Shown here in pieces: positions 38,274 to 47,600 of a stretch of 64,000 nucleotides of DNA. Position numbers and translations under genes: made by a program. The stretch comes from Planctomycetota bacterium (GTDB taxonomy: Bacteria; Planctomycetota; MHYJ01; WSZJ01): contig JBBTCT010000034.1 in assembly GCA_038060895.1 (NCBI GenBank), positions 1 through 64,000 on the forward strand. Direction: 5' to 3'. Under the pieces are notes generated by a model that was not told where the DNA came from, ran no database searches, and worked only from the letters and a program-made list of their open reading frames with translations. The first letter of the stretch is position 1. Each line of letters begins with the position of its first letter.

Positions 38274-40919
38274 ATGACACTTCGAGCTGCCCTTGCCCTT
38301 TTGCTTTTCTGCATTTTCTCCGGCGCTTCCCGCGCCGACGGCCCGACTGCCCTGAAGTATCTCAACGAGTCCAACGCGGCGATCGAGCGCGGGGAATACG
38401 AAGAGGCGGAGAGACTCGCGACGCGGGCGGTCGAGGAGGCGCCCGGGGAGCCGGACTTGTGGTGCCAGCGCGCCGTGACGCGGATCTACCTGGAGCGGAT
38501 CCCCGGCGCGTACGAGGACCTGGCCCGGTCCGAGGCGCTCGAGAAAGCCCGGCCCGAGCCGCGAAACTCCCTGCTCGGCAACCTGGCGAGCGCGCGTTGC
38601 TCGATCCTCACGGGCCAGGGACGGTACCGCGAGGCCCTGGGGCAGGCGGACGAGGCGATCCGCCTGCGCCCGGACGACGCGGGCAACGTTGCGGTCCGGG
38701 GCAGAATCCTCGTGCTCCTCGGCAATCCCGAGGAGGGAATCCCCCTCATCCGGAAGGTCGCCGACCTGGACCCGGGCTGGTGCCCGAGCTACTGCAGCGC
38801 CATGGTCTGGCAGGCGGACTGGCAGGCGGTGCTGGACTATGCGCTGAAGGGCGAAAAGGGCGGCAACACCGTCCATATGGCCGAGTTCTTCAAGGGCGTG
38901 GCCGGAACCCACCTCGGGCACGCAGAAGAATGCCTCCAGCTGGGGGTGGACCTGACCGCCAGCGGCAAGGACCTCGGCGTCGGGCGCGCGCTGCAGGGTT
39001 ACGTCCTGTCCACCCCGGGGCACTCGAAGTCGAACCCGGTCGAGGGCCTCGCCATCATCCGCCAGGCCTCCGGCCTGCCGGACGTGCCGAACGTCGAGGC
39101 CATCATCGCACGGTCCTTTTACTACGCAGACCGCTGCCAGGACGCCATCGATCACCTCGCCTCCCGGTCCGACGGGCCCACCTTTCTCAGCCTGTTCTGG
39201 CGCGGCGCCGCGGAATGGAAGCTCGAGAGATTCGCCGACGCCCGCGCGACGTTCTCCGACGCTCGCCGGATGAATCCGCACATGACGAAGTACGCGCAGC
39301 AGATCCCGGGCCTGCCGGAATTCCTGACATCGATCGACCGCGTGATCGCGTCCGAGCTCGCGTCAGGCGCGAAGCTCGGCCGGCTCGACGCCGAGCGCAC
39401 GACGTGGATCTTCACCTTCTCGGAAATCGCGACGCTCGTCCGCCGCTACGAATTCACGCGCGCGGCGAAAGAGTACGAAAGGCTCATCCCGACGATCGTG
39501 TCCCCCGTCCTCAAGTCGCTCATCGAGGGACGCCTCGCCGACGTCAAGGGGATGGGCGCGACGCACGACAAACTGGTTGCGGCCGTGAACAAGAAAGGCT
39601 TCGACGGCCAGGTCAAGGTCGCCGGCCTGGACCTCGTCATCGTGAAGGCCGACGACCGGGCCTTCGATTTCAAGATCCCACGGGGCTCCGGCAAATTCCC
39701 GTGGGCCTACCTCGACCCGATGGACTATTGCCGCCTCGCCGCACCGCCCGGCATCACGCCGGCCGATCGCTACGCCCTCGCCGTCCTTCTCTGGGACTCC
39801 GAAGAGGATCTGAAGGCCCAGCAGGCCCTCGCCGAGGCCGCCAAGGACCCGGCGCTCAAGGCTCGCGTCGACGGCCTCGTCTCCCGGAAGCGCGGCCTCG
39901 ATACTCCGGCCGGCGGCTTCGTCACGTTCAAGGGCCGCTTCGTCACGCCCGAGGAAAAAGAAAACCTCGAGAAGGGCCTCGTGCGCTTCCAGGGCAAGTG
40001 GGTGACGCCGGCCGACAAGGACAAGCTGGCGAAGGGAATGGTGAAGGTGGGGGACAAATGGCTCCCCGGGGACGAGAAGAAGCTGGCGGAGGCGGGATAC
40101 CGGAAGTTCAAGGACACGTGGATGAGCGCCGAGGACTACGCGGAAGCGCGCTCCGCCTGGGAGAACGCGTTCGAGCAGGAGACGGCGCATTTCAAGATCC
40201 GCTCCAACGCCGGCGAACAGTTCACGCAGGACCTCGCGGAGGTCGCCGAACTCGGGTACGCGGAGATGAAGAAGTTCTGGGACGGCCGCGAGCCGAAGCT
40301 CGCGAAGGACGAGAAGCTCACGCTCTACGCCTTCGGCGGCTTCAACGACTACCGCCGCCACTGCGCGGAGCGGAAGGCCGACAGCAACATCAACGCTGCC
40401 GGATTCGCCACCTCGGACTCCCCCGTCGTCGCGGGCTGGAACAAGACCGGCAATCACCAGAACTTCCTCAAGACGATGGTCCACGAAGCCGCGCACCTCT
40501 ATTACTTCCGCACTTCCACCCCCACCGGCCTCAAGTCGTGGCACGCCGAGGGGCTCGCGACGTACTTCGAAGGCTTCCAGCGCAAGGACGGCAAGTGGCT
40601 GTTCACGTACGCCAACACGGAGCGGCTCGCGTTCGCCAAGCGGGCGTTTTCGGACGGAAGCGCGTTGTCGCTGAAGGACCTGATGGCCGCGGACGCCCTG
40701 GTGCTGATCAACAGCGACGGCCAGAAGGCGCTGACGTTTTACGCGCAGTGCTGGTCGCTGAACTACTTCCTGTCGCAGACCAGCGACGAGGCGTATCGCA
40801 CGGCGTACAAGGAGTATCGAATGAGCGTGGAGGCGGGGAAGTCGGACCCGCTGTCGAAGTACGTGAAGGACATGGCGGCGCTGGAGAAGGAATGGAAGGC
40901 GTACATCGCGTCGCAGTAG
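38274..40919 (+). CDS. Secreted TPR + gluzincin protein, paralogue of 27349-29970
   Basis: GGAGG SD; shared GKFPWAYLD, EEK.NLEKGL, GWNKTGN, VHEAAHLY, EGLATYFEGF. Confidence 0.85.
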   Translation: MTLRAALALLLFCIFSGASRADGPTALKYLNESNAAIERGEYEEAERLATRAVEEAPGEPDLWCQRAVTRIYLERIPGAYEDLARSEALEKARPEPRNSLLGNLASARCSILTGQGRYREALGQADEAIRLRPDDAGNVAVRGRILVLLGNPEEGIPLIRKVADLDPGWCPSYCSAMVWQADWQAVLDYALKGEKGGNTVHMAEFFKGVAGTHLGHAEECLQLGVDLTASGKDLGVGRALQGYVLSTPGHSKSNPVEGLAIIRQASGLPDVPNVEAIIARSFYYADRCQDAIDHLASRSDGPTFLSLFWRGAAEWKLERFADARATFSDARRMNPHMTKYAQQIPGLPEFLTSIDRVIASELASGAKLGRLDAERTTWIFTFSEIATLVRRYEFTRAAKEYERLIPTIVSPVLKSLIEGRLADVKGMGATHDKLVAAVNKKGFDGQVKVAGLDLVIVKADDRAFDFKIPRGSGKFPWAYLDPMDYCRLAAPPGITPADRYALAVLLWDSEEDLKAQQALAEAAKDPALKARVDGLVSRKRGLDTPAGGFVTFKGRFVTPEEKENLEKGLVRFQGKWVTPADKDKLAKGMVKVGDKWLPGDEKKLAEAGYRKFKDTWMSAEDYAEARSAWENAFEQETAHFKIRSNAGEQFTQDLAEVAELGYAEMKKFWDGREPKLAKDEKLTLYAFGGFNDYRRHCAERKADSNINAAGFATSDSPVVAGWNKTGNHQNFLKTMVHEAAHLYYFRTSTPTGLKSWHAEGLATYFEGFQRKDGKWLFTYANTERLAFAKRAFSDGSALSLKDLMAADALVLINSDGQKALTFYAQCWSLNYFLSQTSDEAYRTAYKEYRMSVEAGKSDPLSKYVKDMAALEKEWKAYIASQ

Positions 40920-40995
40920 GGGGGATGGGAAGGCTGGGGGGGCGGGAAAACGGCCAGGACAAATCCCAACCCCAACTCCAACCCCAAATCCCAAC
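40920..40995. repeat. G-rich / CCCAAC short-repeat tract after the stop
   Basis: GGGGGATGGGA..GGGGGGG followed by CCCAAC CCCAAC TCCAAC CCCAAA TCCCAAC. Confidence 0.55.
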
Positions 40996-41006
40996 GGCGG
41001 ACTCGC

Positions 41007-41130
41007 TTCGCTCGCCCGTCAACCCGCGAAGGCATCCCAGATGGCATGAGGGTCCTGCAGTTTTTCAGCGATCGCCATCGGGAAACGACGGCGGACGTAT
41101 TCGTCGAAGAGCCTTTTCCGTTCGACAAGG
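41007..41130 (+). pseudogene. Remnant resembling a nucleotidyltransferase-like family
   Basis: GMRVLQFFSDRHRETTADVFVEEPFPFD resembles an internal segment of such proteins; no plausible N- or C-terminus. Confidence 0.35.
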
Positions 41131-41241
41131 GCGGAGACCGCCCGGAAGCTGGGACCTCCGCCCCGTCATCGGACGCGGAAACCAAGCCGCTGAGTCGCGC
41201 GACTTCCATTTCCGGACATCTCTCATTCGCGCGGCGCACGA

Positions 41242-41697
41242 TCACAGTCGGCCAAGAGGCAGCATGAGCAGTGTGAAGAACGCGAACGCATACACCGCGA
41301 CTGCCAGCAGACCGAGACCCAGCAGGCCCCAGGGAACCCACCGAGCCTTGAGGGGCGTGAGTCTTCGCTGGACGAGCCAGATTCCGCCGAGGAATGGAAT
41401 GAAGAAAACAGCCCAGAGGAATCCTGAAGACAGGCAGGGATCGGCGGTCTTCCACACGGCGTGGGCGACGGGGCGATATCGATCCAGGTAAGGATCGTCC
41501 ATGTCCTGTCCCCAGATCTCCGCCAGGATCGAATTCGACTCCCTGTGAATCTCCGTCATCGACCACGCGAGAAAAAGCGTCCACGCCGCGACGATCCAGA
41601 ACGCCACGCGACCAGCCGAAGCGCCCGCGCGGCCAACCCGTTCTTCGGTGAGCGCTCCCGTCGAATCCGTGAAGGCGGCAAGATGTTCAGGGGTCAC
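41242..41697 (-). CDS. Hypothetical membrane protein
   Basis: Three hydrophobic segments. Confidence 0.6.
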   Translation of the reverse strand: MTPEHLAAFTDSTGALTEERVGRAGASAGRVAFWIVAAWTLFLAWSMTEIHRESNSILAEIWGQDMDDPYLDRYRPVAHAVWKTADPCLSSGFLWAVFFIPFLGGIWLVQRRLTPLKARWVPWGLLGLGLLAVAVYAFAFFTLLMLPLGRL

Positions 41698-41789
41698 GGA
41701 CTTTCACTCTATCACCCGAAAGCGCGTGGCCCGACGTCGTTCGAGCGAACCTTTCCCCGGCCGAAACGATCGACTACATTGCGCCCCCC

Positions 41790-43046
41790 ATGGGAATCCA
41801 GGCACCGCTAGGGTTCGAAGACCACCTCCCCGACCGCATGCCGGTCTGGCGTCGCATTGAAGAGGCCGCAAAGCGCGTCGCCGAGACGTATGGCTACCGC
41901 GAGATGCGCACTCCCCTTCTCGAATCAACCGAGCTCTTCATCCGCTCCGTCGGCGAGGTCACCGACATCGTCGAGAAGGAGATGTTCACCTTCGATAAAG
42001 GCGAAAAGGACTCGCTCACCCTCCGCCCCGAGCTCACCGCCTCCTTCGTCCGCGCCTGCGTCGAACACGGCCTCTTCAAGAAGAAGGCCTTCCAGAAACT
42101 GTTCTACATCGGCGCCAACTTCCGCAAGGAACGCCCGCAGAAGGGCCGCCTGCGCCAGTTCCACCAGTTCGGCGTCGAGGCCCTCGGCGCGACCGATCCC
42201 CTGCTCGACGCCGAGACCGTCCTCCTCGCGCTCCGCTTCTTCGAGGAGCTCGGCGTCCCCGGCGTGAAGACCAAGGTCAACTCGATCGGCTGCCCCAACT
42301 GCCGCCCGAAATACCGCGACGCCCTCAAGGCGAAGTTCGCCCCCATCATCGGCCAGTTCTGCGAGAACTGCCGGCGGCGCTTCGACCGCAACGTCTTCCG
42401 CATCCTCGACTGCAAGGTCGAGAAGGACGTCGCCCTCACCGCCGACGCCCCGCGCGTCCAGGACTCCCTCTGCGCCGACTGCCTCGCCCACGACAAGGCC
42501 TTCGTCGACGCCCTGTCGCGCGCCGGCGCTCCCTTCGCCCAGGACCCCCGCCTCGTCCGCGGCTTCGACTACTACACCCGCACCGTCTACGAGTTCACCG
42601 CCCCCGGCCTCGGCGCCCAGGACGCCATCGGCGGCGGCGGCCGCTACGACAACCTCATCGAGGAAATGGGCGGCGACAAGGCCGGCGCCGTCGGCTTCGC
42701 CATCGGCCTCGAACGCGTCGTCATCGCCCTCGAAGCCGCCGGCAAGGCCCCCGAGGAGGAATGGTTCTCCACCCGCGTCTTCGTCACCCACATCGGCCCC
42801 GAAACCCGCGTCCCCGCCTTCGACCTCGTCCGCCAGCTCCGCGCCGACGGCATCGCCGCCGACATGGACTACGAGGGAAGGTCGCTCAAGGCCCAGATGC
42901 GAAGCGCGAACCGCGTGAAGGCGCCGTGGGTTGTGATCATCGGCGGGGATGAGCTGGCGAAGGGGGTGGTGAAGTTGAGGGATATGGGGAAGAGTGTGGA
43001 GGTGGAGGTGAAGCCGGGGGAGTTGGGGGAGAGGGTACGGGGCTAA
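41790..43046 (+). CDS. hisS: Histidine--tRNA ligase
   Basis: [56 protein letters not shown], anticodon domain [11 protein letters not shown]. Confidence 0.98.
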   Translation: MGIQAPLGFEDHLPDRMPVWRRIEEAAKRVAETYGYREMRTPLLESTELFIRSVGEVTDIVEKEMFTFDKGEKDSLTLRPELTASFVRACVEHGLFKKKAFQKLFYIGANFRKERPQKGRLRQFHQFGVEALGATDPLLDAETVLLALRFFEELGVPGVKTKVNSIGCPNCRPKYRDALKAKFAPIIGQFCENCRRRFDRNVFRILDCKVEKDVALTADAPRVQDSLCADCLAHDKAFVDALSRAGAPFAQDPRLVRGFDYYTRTVYEFTAPGLGAQDAIGGGGRYDNLIEEMGGDKAGAVGFAIGLERVVIALEAAGKAPEEEWFSTRVFVTHIGPETRVPAFDLVRQLRADGIAADMDYEGRSLKAQMRSANRVKAPWVVIIGGDELAKGVVKLRDMGKSVEVEVKPGELGERVRG

Positions 43047-43066
43047 GTCGGCGCCGGGGCCGACTT
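43045..43066 (+). terminator. Hairpin at the hisS stop
   Basis: AAGTCGGC-6nt-GCCGACTT; U-tract weak. Confidence 0.4.
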
Positions 43067-43200
43067 CGCTGTTCCACTTTTTGGCTGCTCCGCCCCAATT
43101 TCAAGCGCCACTCTGGTTGATCGCTCGGCGCAGCTCGCCTCGAACTGACGTTCACGGCCGGGCACCATTGCCGTCGACGCTCAGAATCTGACAATGCCCC

Positions 43201-43241
43201 TTGCGCAATAGTGTTATCTATGGTAACTTATTTTATAACAC
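43201..43241 (+). promoter_or_regulatory. AT-rich promoter with inverted repeat
   Basis: TTGCGC-17nt-TAACTT; GTGTTAT (43211-43217) / ATAACAC (43235-43241). Confidence 0.55.
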
Positions 43242-43262
43242 ATTCTATAAGTGAGAACAGCG

Positions 43263-43823
43263 ATGACGAAGTCGACCGTGATTACAAAGGAGTTCGACGC
43301 AATCAAGACAGCGTTAGAAGTCTTGGAGCCGCTAGACGCCAAGCAGCGCCAGTTTGTCGTGGGAATGATCCTCTCACGGCTCGACATGGCAGCGCCGGTG
43401 GCGAACGAAGTGGCCGGCGAATCGTCCGCGGGGAGCGGCGCTGAGCATGCGGGGGCCGCGTCGACCAAGGCACCCGGTGTGCGCGATTTTCTCAAGAGGA
43501 AGAGTCCGGCCACGGATCTCGAACGATTTGCCTGCCTCGCCTTTTACCTGACGCAGCACATGGGGTCAGCCGCGTTTACTACGCGCGACATCACAAAACT
43601 CAATGGCGAGGCAGGCGGGCAAGACTTCTCAAATCCGGCCGCCACGGCCATGAATGCGACGCGCCAGAGCAAGCTGCTCAGCAAAGCGGGCGGCGGCAAG
43701 AAGCGCATTACCATTCACGGAGAGGATCTCGTCAATGCCTTGCCTGATCGGGTGAAGGTAAAGGAGGTCATGAAGTCCAAGACCGTTCGGAAAAGGACGG
43801 CCCGGAAGCCGTCCAAGAAATAG
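43263..43823 (+). CDS. Hypothetical protein, probable winged-helix C-terminal domain
   Basis: FLKRKSPATDLERFACLAFYL..FTTRDI..LSKAGGGKKRITIHGE; basic tail. Confidence 0.75.
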   Translation: MTKSTVITKEFDAIKTALEVLEPLDAKQRQFVVGMILSRLDMAAPVANEVAGESSAGSGAEHAGAASTKAPGVRDFLKRKSPATDLERFACLAFYLTQHMGSAAFTTRDITKLNGEAGGQDFSNPAATAMNATRQSKLLSKAGGGKKRITIHGEDLVNALPDRVKVKEVMKSKTVRKRTARKPSKK

Positions 43824-43837
43824 GACGAGGCAACGGA

Positions 43838-44611
43838 ATGATCGCGACAATCAGACAAGGTCTCGCGGCCGCTCTAGATAGCAGTCTCGTCGACGAGTTG
43901 CTCGCGGCACACCAGGAGGCGAAGAGAAATTACTACCTCGGCGGCTTGCGGCTAAGCGCAGTAGAGGGCGGCCGCTTCTGTGAGGCGGCGTTTCGACTGC
44001 TCCAACAGCGGACATCGAAAACCTTCGACAGACTTGGTGTCCAACTCGACACAGAGAAGCTCATCAAGCAGCTCGGCAACATCCCTGCCGCTCAGGAGCT
44101 CGACGCTGTGCGGCTTCACATACCACGGGCGCTTCGCGTCGTCTACGACATCAGAAACAAGCGTAACAATGCCCACCTCGCGGACGGGATCGACCCGAAC
44201 TTGCAGGATGCGACGCTGGTCATTGGAGTCATAGATTGGGTTCTCGCTGAATTTGTTCGGCTCTACCACGCTGTTCCGGCCAACGATGCAAGGCAGATGG
44301 TGGAAAACATCGTCACTCGTTCTGCGCCCGCCATTCAGGACTTTGAGGGATTTCAAAAGGTCCTGCGTACCGATCTTAGCGCCAGCAATTTCGTCGTCCT
44401 TCTCCTTTACGCGAAAGGAAGTGCCGGCGCCAGCATCGAGCAGGTCGAGGGGTGGGTTCGTCCAAAGATGAGAGCCAACCTCCTGCGCACCTTGCATCAG
44501 CTGGAGCATGAGAAGGCGTTCATTCACCGGCGAGAAGGGATGCTGTTTATCACCCACTCAGGACAAAAACATGTAGAAGCGAATCGCCTCATGGCTCCGG
44601 AGCCTGCGTGA
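43838..44611 (+). CDS. HEPN-like protein with C-terminal wHTH
   Basis: GRFCEAAFRLL and YDIRNKRNNAH (E...R-x-H pattern); C-terminal LHQLEHEKAFIH..FITHSGQKHVE. Confidence 0.7.
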   Translation: MIATIRQGLAAALDSSLVDELLAAHQEAKRNYYLGGLRLSAVEGGRFCEAAFRLLQQRTSKTFDRLGVQLDTEKLIKQLGNIPAAQELDAVRLHIPRALRVVYDIRNKRNNAHLADGIDPNLQDATLVIGVIDWVLAEFVRLYHAVPANDARQMVENIVTRSAPAIQDFEGFQKVLRTDLSASNFVVLLLYAKGSAGASIEQVEGWVRPKMRANLLRTLHQLEHEKAFIHRREGMLFITHSGQKHVEANRLMAPEPA

Positions 44612-44693
44612 CCCGGAGTCTGAACCCCTGATGCGACGCGGGCATCTTGCGCCGGAAACTCGAAGATGCCACCCAGCGGTGACTCTTACCAAC

Positions 44694-47600
44694 CTACTTG
44701 ATCCACCACCCCTTGTTATTCGCGAACTTGAAGCCGAGTTCTTTCAGTCGTGCTGCCACGGGTCCTTCCGTACCAAGGTGGTAGACCCAGAGTGCGCCCA
44801 ACTTTGCGCGGTGATCCGCCGATTTCAAATTCTGTCCTCGGCATAGTTGCTCTACCTCCCGCAGCATCTTGGGATCAAGGTCATCGCTCTCCCGTCTAGA
44901 GAACAGGGTCTGCTGAGCATCTAGCGGCGCGGCCGTCCGCTCAGCGGCGGGGCGATCCGTGGCGGTGACACTTCGGAGAGGAGGGGCCACGAAATCGGCT
45001 CTGGCGCCCTGTGGTCCGACGGGAGGAATCTCGCTCGAAGTCGCGACTGTCGGACACTCTTGGAAAGCGTTGAGGGTGGCACGCTTTTCCATGGATGGCG
45101 AAACCGTCCGCCGTTCGGTGTGAATGCTTCTGCGGGCCCCGGCAGCGCCCACAGGTTCTATTCCGCGCTCCCGCAGACTCTTCTGCAGGTCTTCGATCAC
45201 GTGTCCTCGCCGACGGAGGAAGGCGGACGCAAAACAACGCCAGAATACCCAGCCTGCTCGTTCGAGTACGCGTTGGCGTCGCATGTCACTCGCCCATTGG
45301 TCAGCCCCGTGATACTGATCGCCGTCACACTCGATCGCTAGCCTCTCGTCGTTGCCTCCCTCCACGACCAGGTCGATTCGATACTGGCCGACGCCGACCT
45401 GCGGCGTGACGAGATACCCGCGCGAAATCAGTTCGTCATACATCTCCCTCTCAAAAGGTGACTCGCAGAGTTTGCGCAGATCGGCTGCACGAACCTCGTC
45501 CTGGGCGAAGGGTGAGGAAAAGTGTGCGATCAAACTTCGCCGCAGCTTGTCGGCGTCGCTGAGGTTCTCCGGCCCTACAGAGCGCACCAGGTACATTCGG
45601 TCACGCGCCCGCGACGCCGCCACGTTGAACCTCTGTTCAAAGGTTGCGCGAGTCGGCGGGGCGCCGACATCGTTCGGCGCGGACACCATCGAGAGAAACA
45701 TGATGTCACGTTCTTTTCCCTGGAACGTCCGAGCGTCTCCGCACGCAATCTGGTGACGCCTGATCACGTCGGGACCTACTTCTGCCGTCAACCGCTCCCA
45801 AACCGCGAAGGCCTGTTTGTCAGCCAGGAGCGATACGACTCCGATCGACCGATCCTTCATCCTCGGATCTGCGACGATATGCCTGATTTCATCGACGATG
45901 AAGCGGACCTCCGGCAAGTTCACGTCCTCCGTGCGGAATCCGTTCTCCACGACGACATCAATGAGGGGTGGATCCAATCGCTCCGAGGCCCTGGGAATTC
46001 TCAGGGGACGCAGTTCGTGGTTGTAGAACTCTCGCTTTGAGTACTCGATGATCGACGTCACGCACCGGAAGTGCTCTTTCAGCGTGACCGAGCTGCCAGC
46101 GAACACGACCTTGAAGAGGTCGTACATGGAACGATCAGGCGCCATCTGTGGGCCGAATGTTGGAACCTGGTCCGCGAGGAATCGACCCATCAGGTTCCGG
46201 ACCTTGTCTTCTTCCAAGCCAACTCCTTCGGGCGATACCTGCTTGTCATCTCCGACTACAAGAATCTTCTTTGCTCGAAGCATCGCAGGAAGTGCAGTCA
46301 GGTCTGATTGCGAGGCTTCGTCGATGACAACCAGGTCAAAGCAGCCAATTCGTGGAGGTAGCGATTCCGACACTCGATAGTGCGGCATGATCCAAGCGGG
46401 GACCGCGGGATTGGCCAATTCAGCCGCCTTGCGAGCGTCCTGGCGATAGCGAACGGCACGTTTGCCGGTCCCCTTGCCGATCTTCATGATCGCGTTGAGG
46501 TACCCCTGCAGCGCAGCGCGAACGCTGTGTGACGCGTTTTGAGTGAGATTCAGCCACGTTCGCTTTCCTACGATGTCGCGGTAGGCGCGCGCAAGATCTG
46601 TGGAGAGTTCTTCTCGCTCCCTTGCAAGTTTCTTCAGTGCAAGATGGGCATCGATGGAATCCAGGTGGCTCGCAAGGCGTCTCACTCTCCAGACCGATTT
46701 CAGGTTGTCCGGCAAGAGTGGGTCATGTGCGCCCTGGAGGGGCTGCCTGAGGGACTCCGCGAATTGCGACGCCCCCGAATCCTCGATGAGCGCACATACA
46801 TCTCGCACCGTCGCCAAGGCGGATTTGAGAGCCAGCACTCGTGAGAGCTCGGTCATCAATGCTGACCAGGTAGACTGAAGTGTCGCCTCTGAAACTTGCG
46901 AATTCCCAAGCGTTTCCTTCAAGAACCGACGAAGGTCCTCCACGACGCGACCTTGACGCCCGTCGAGGACCTTTGAAAATCTCCCCATCGTGTTCCAGAC
47001 ATTTGCCAGTCGGTTCTTCGCCAAGTGATGGCGCAACGCTCTCTCAAGATCGTCAAGCTTCTCCGCGTCTTCGGAGACAAGTCGGTGATGCGGCCATCGT
47101 GGAAACACACGCACCGCCTGATCCCGAAGGTCTGACTCCGCCTGCACGATCGCTCTGACCTTGGCGTAAAGTCCGTACAACTCAGCGGCCTTCAGGCCGC
47201 CTTCCGCGGCATCTCCAGGAACTGGCGCAAGTCCGATCGGAGCTGCCAGCTGATTCCAGCGAAGCGCAAGGGCACGCAGCCGCTGCAGGTGATCAAGGAA
47301 TGCCAGAACCTGTCTCCAATCTGCTGCGGACGCGGGAGGATTGCCAAGGATGAGAATTCCCCGCAGCCGTCTCTTCTGTTCGGACTTTCCGAGCAAACCA
47401 GCGATGAGTCCGAATGGGCTTCTTCCTTCGGCCAGGTTCCCGATGGCTGCCCGGACTTCCAGATCCCGCTCGACCTCCCCGGGAGTTTCCACCGGTCGCG
47501 CCAGGAATGATTTCTGAGCCGCGGACTCGGCGTTCAGCTCGGCACCGAGCGCTTCCAGCATCTTGAAAAGTTCGGCCTTTTCTTTTCTTCGCAGGTTTTC

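Noticed and set aside
38459-41491. Long alternative-frame ORFs (e.g. 1010 aa at 38459, 724 aa at 34080, 702 aa at 56887, 645 aa at 10625)
   Set aside because: Arg/Pro/Gly-rich shadows of real genes caused by high GC; no motifs
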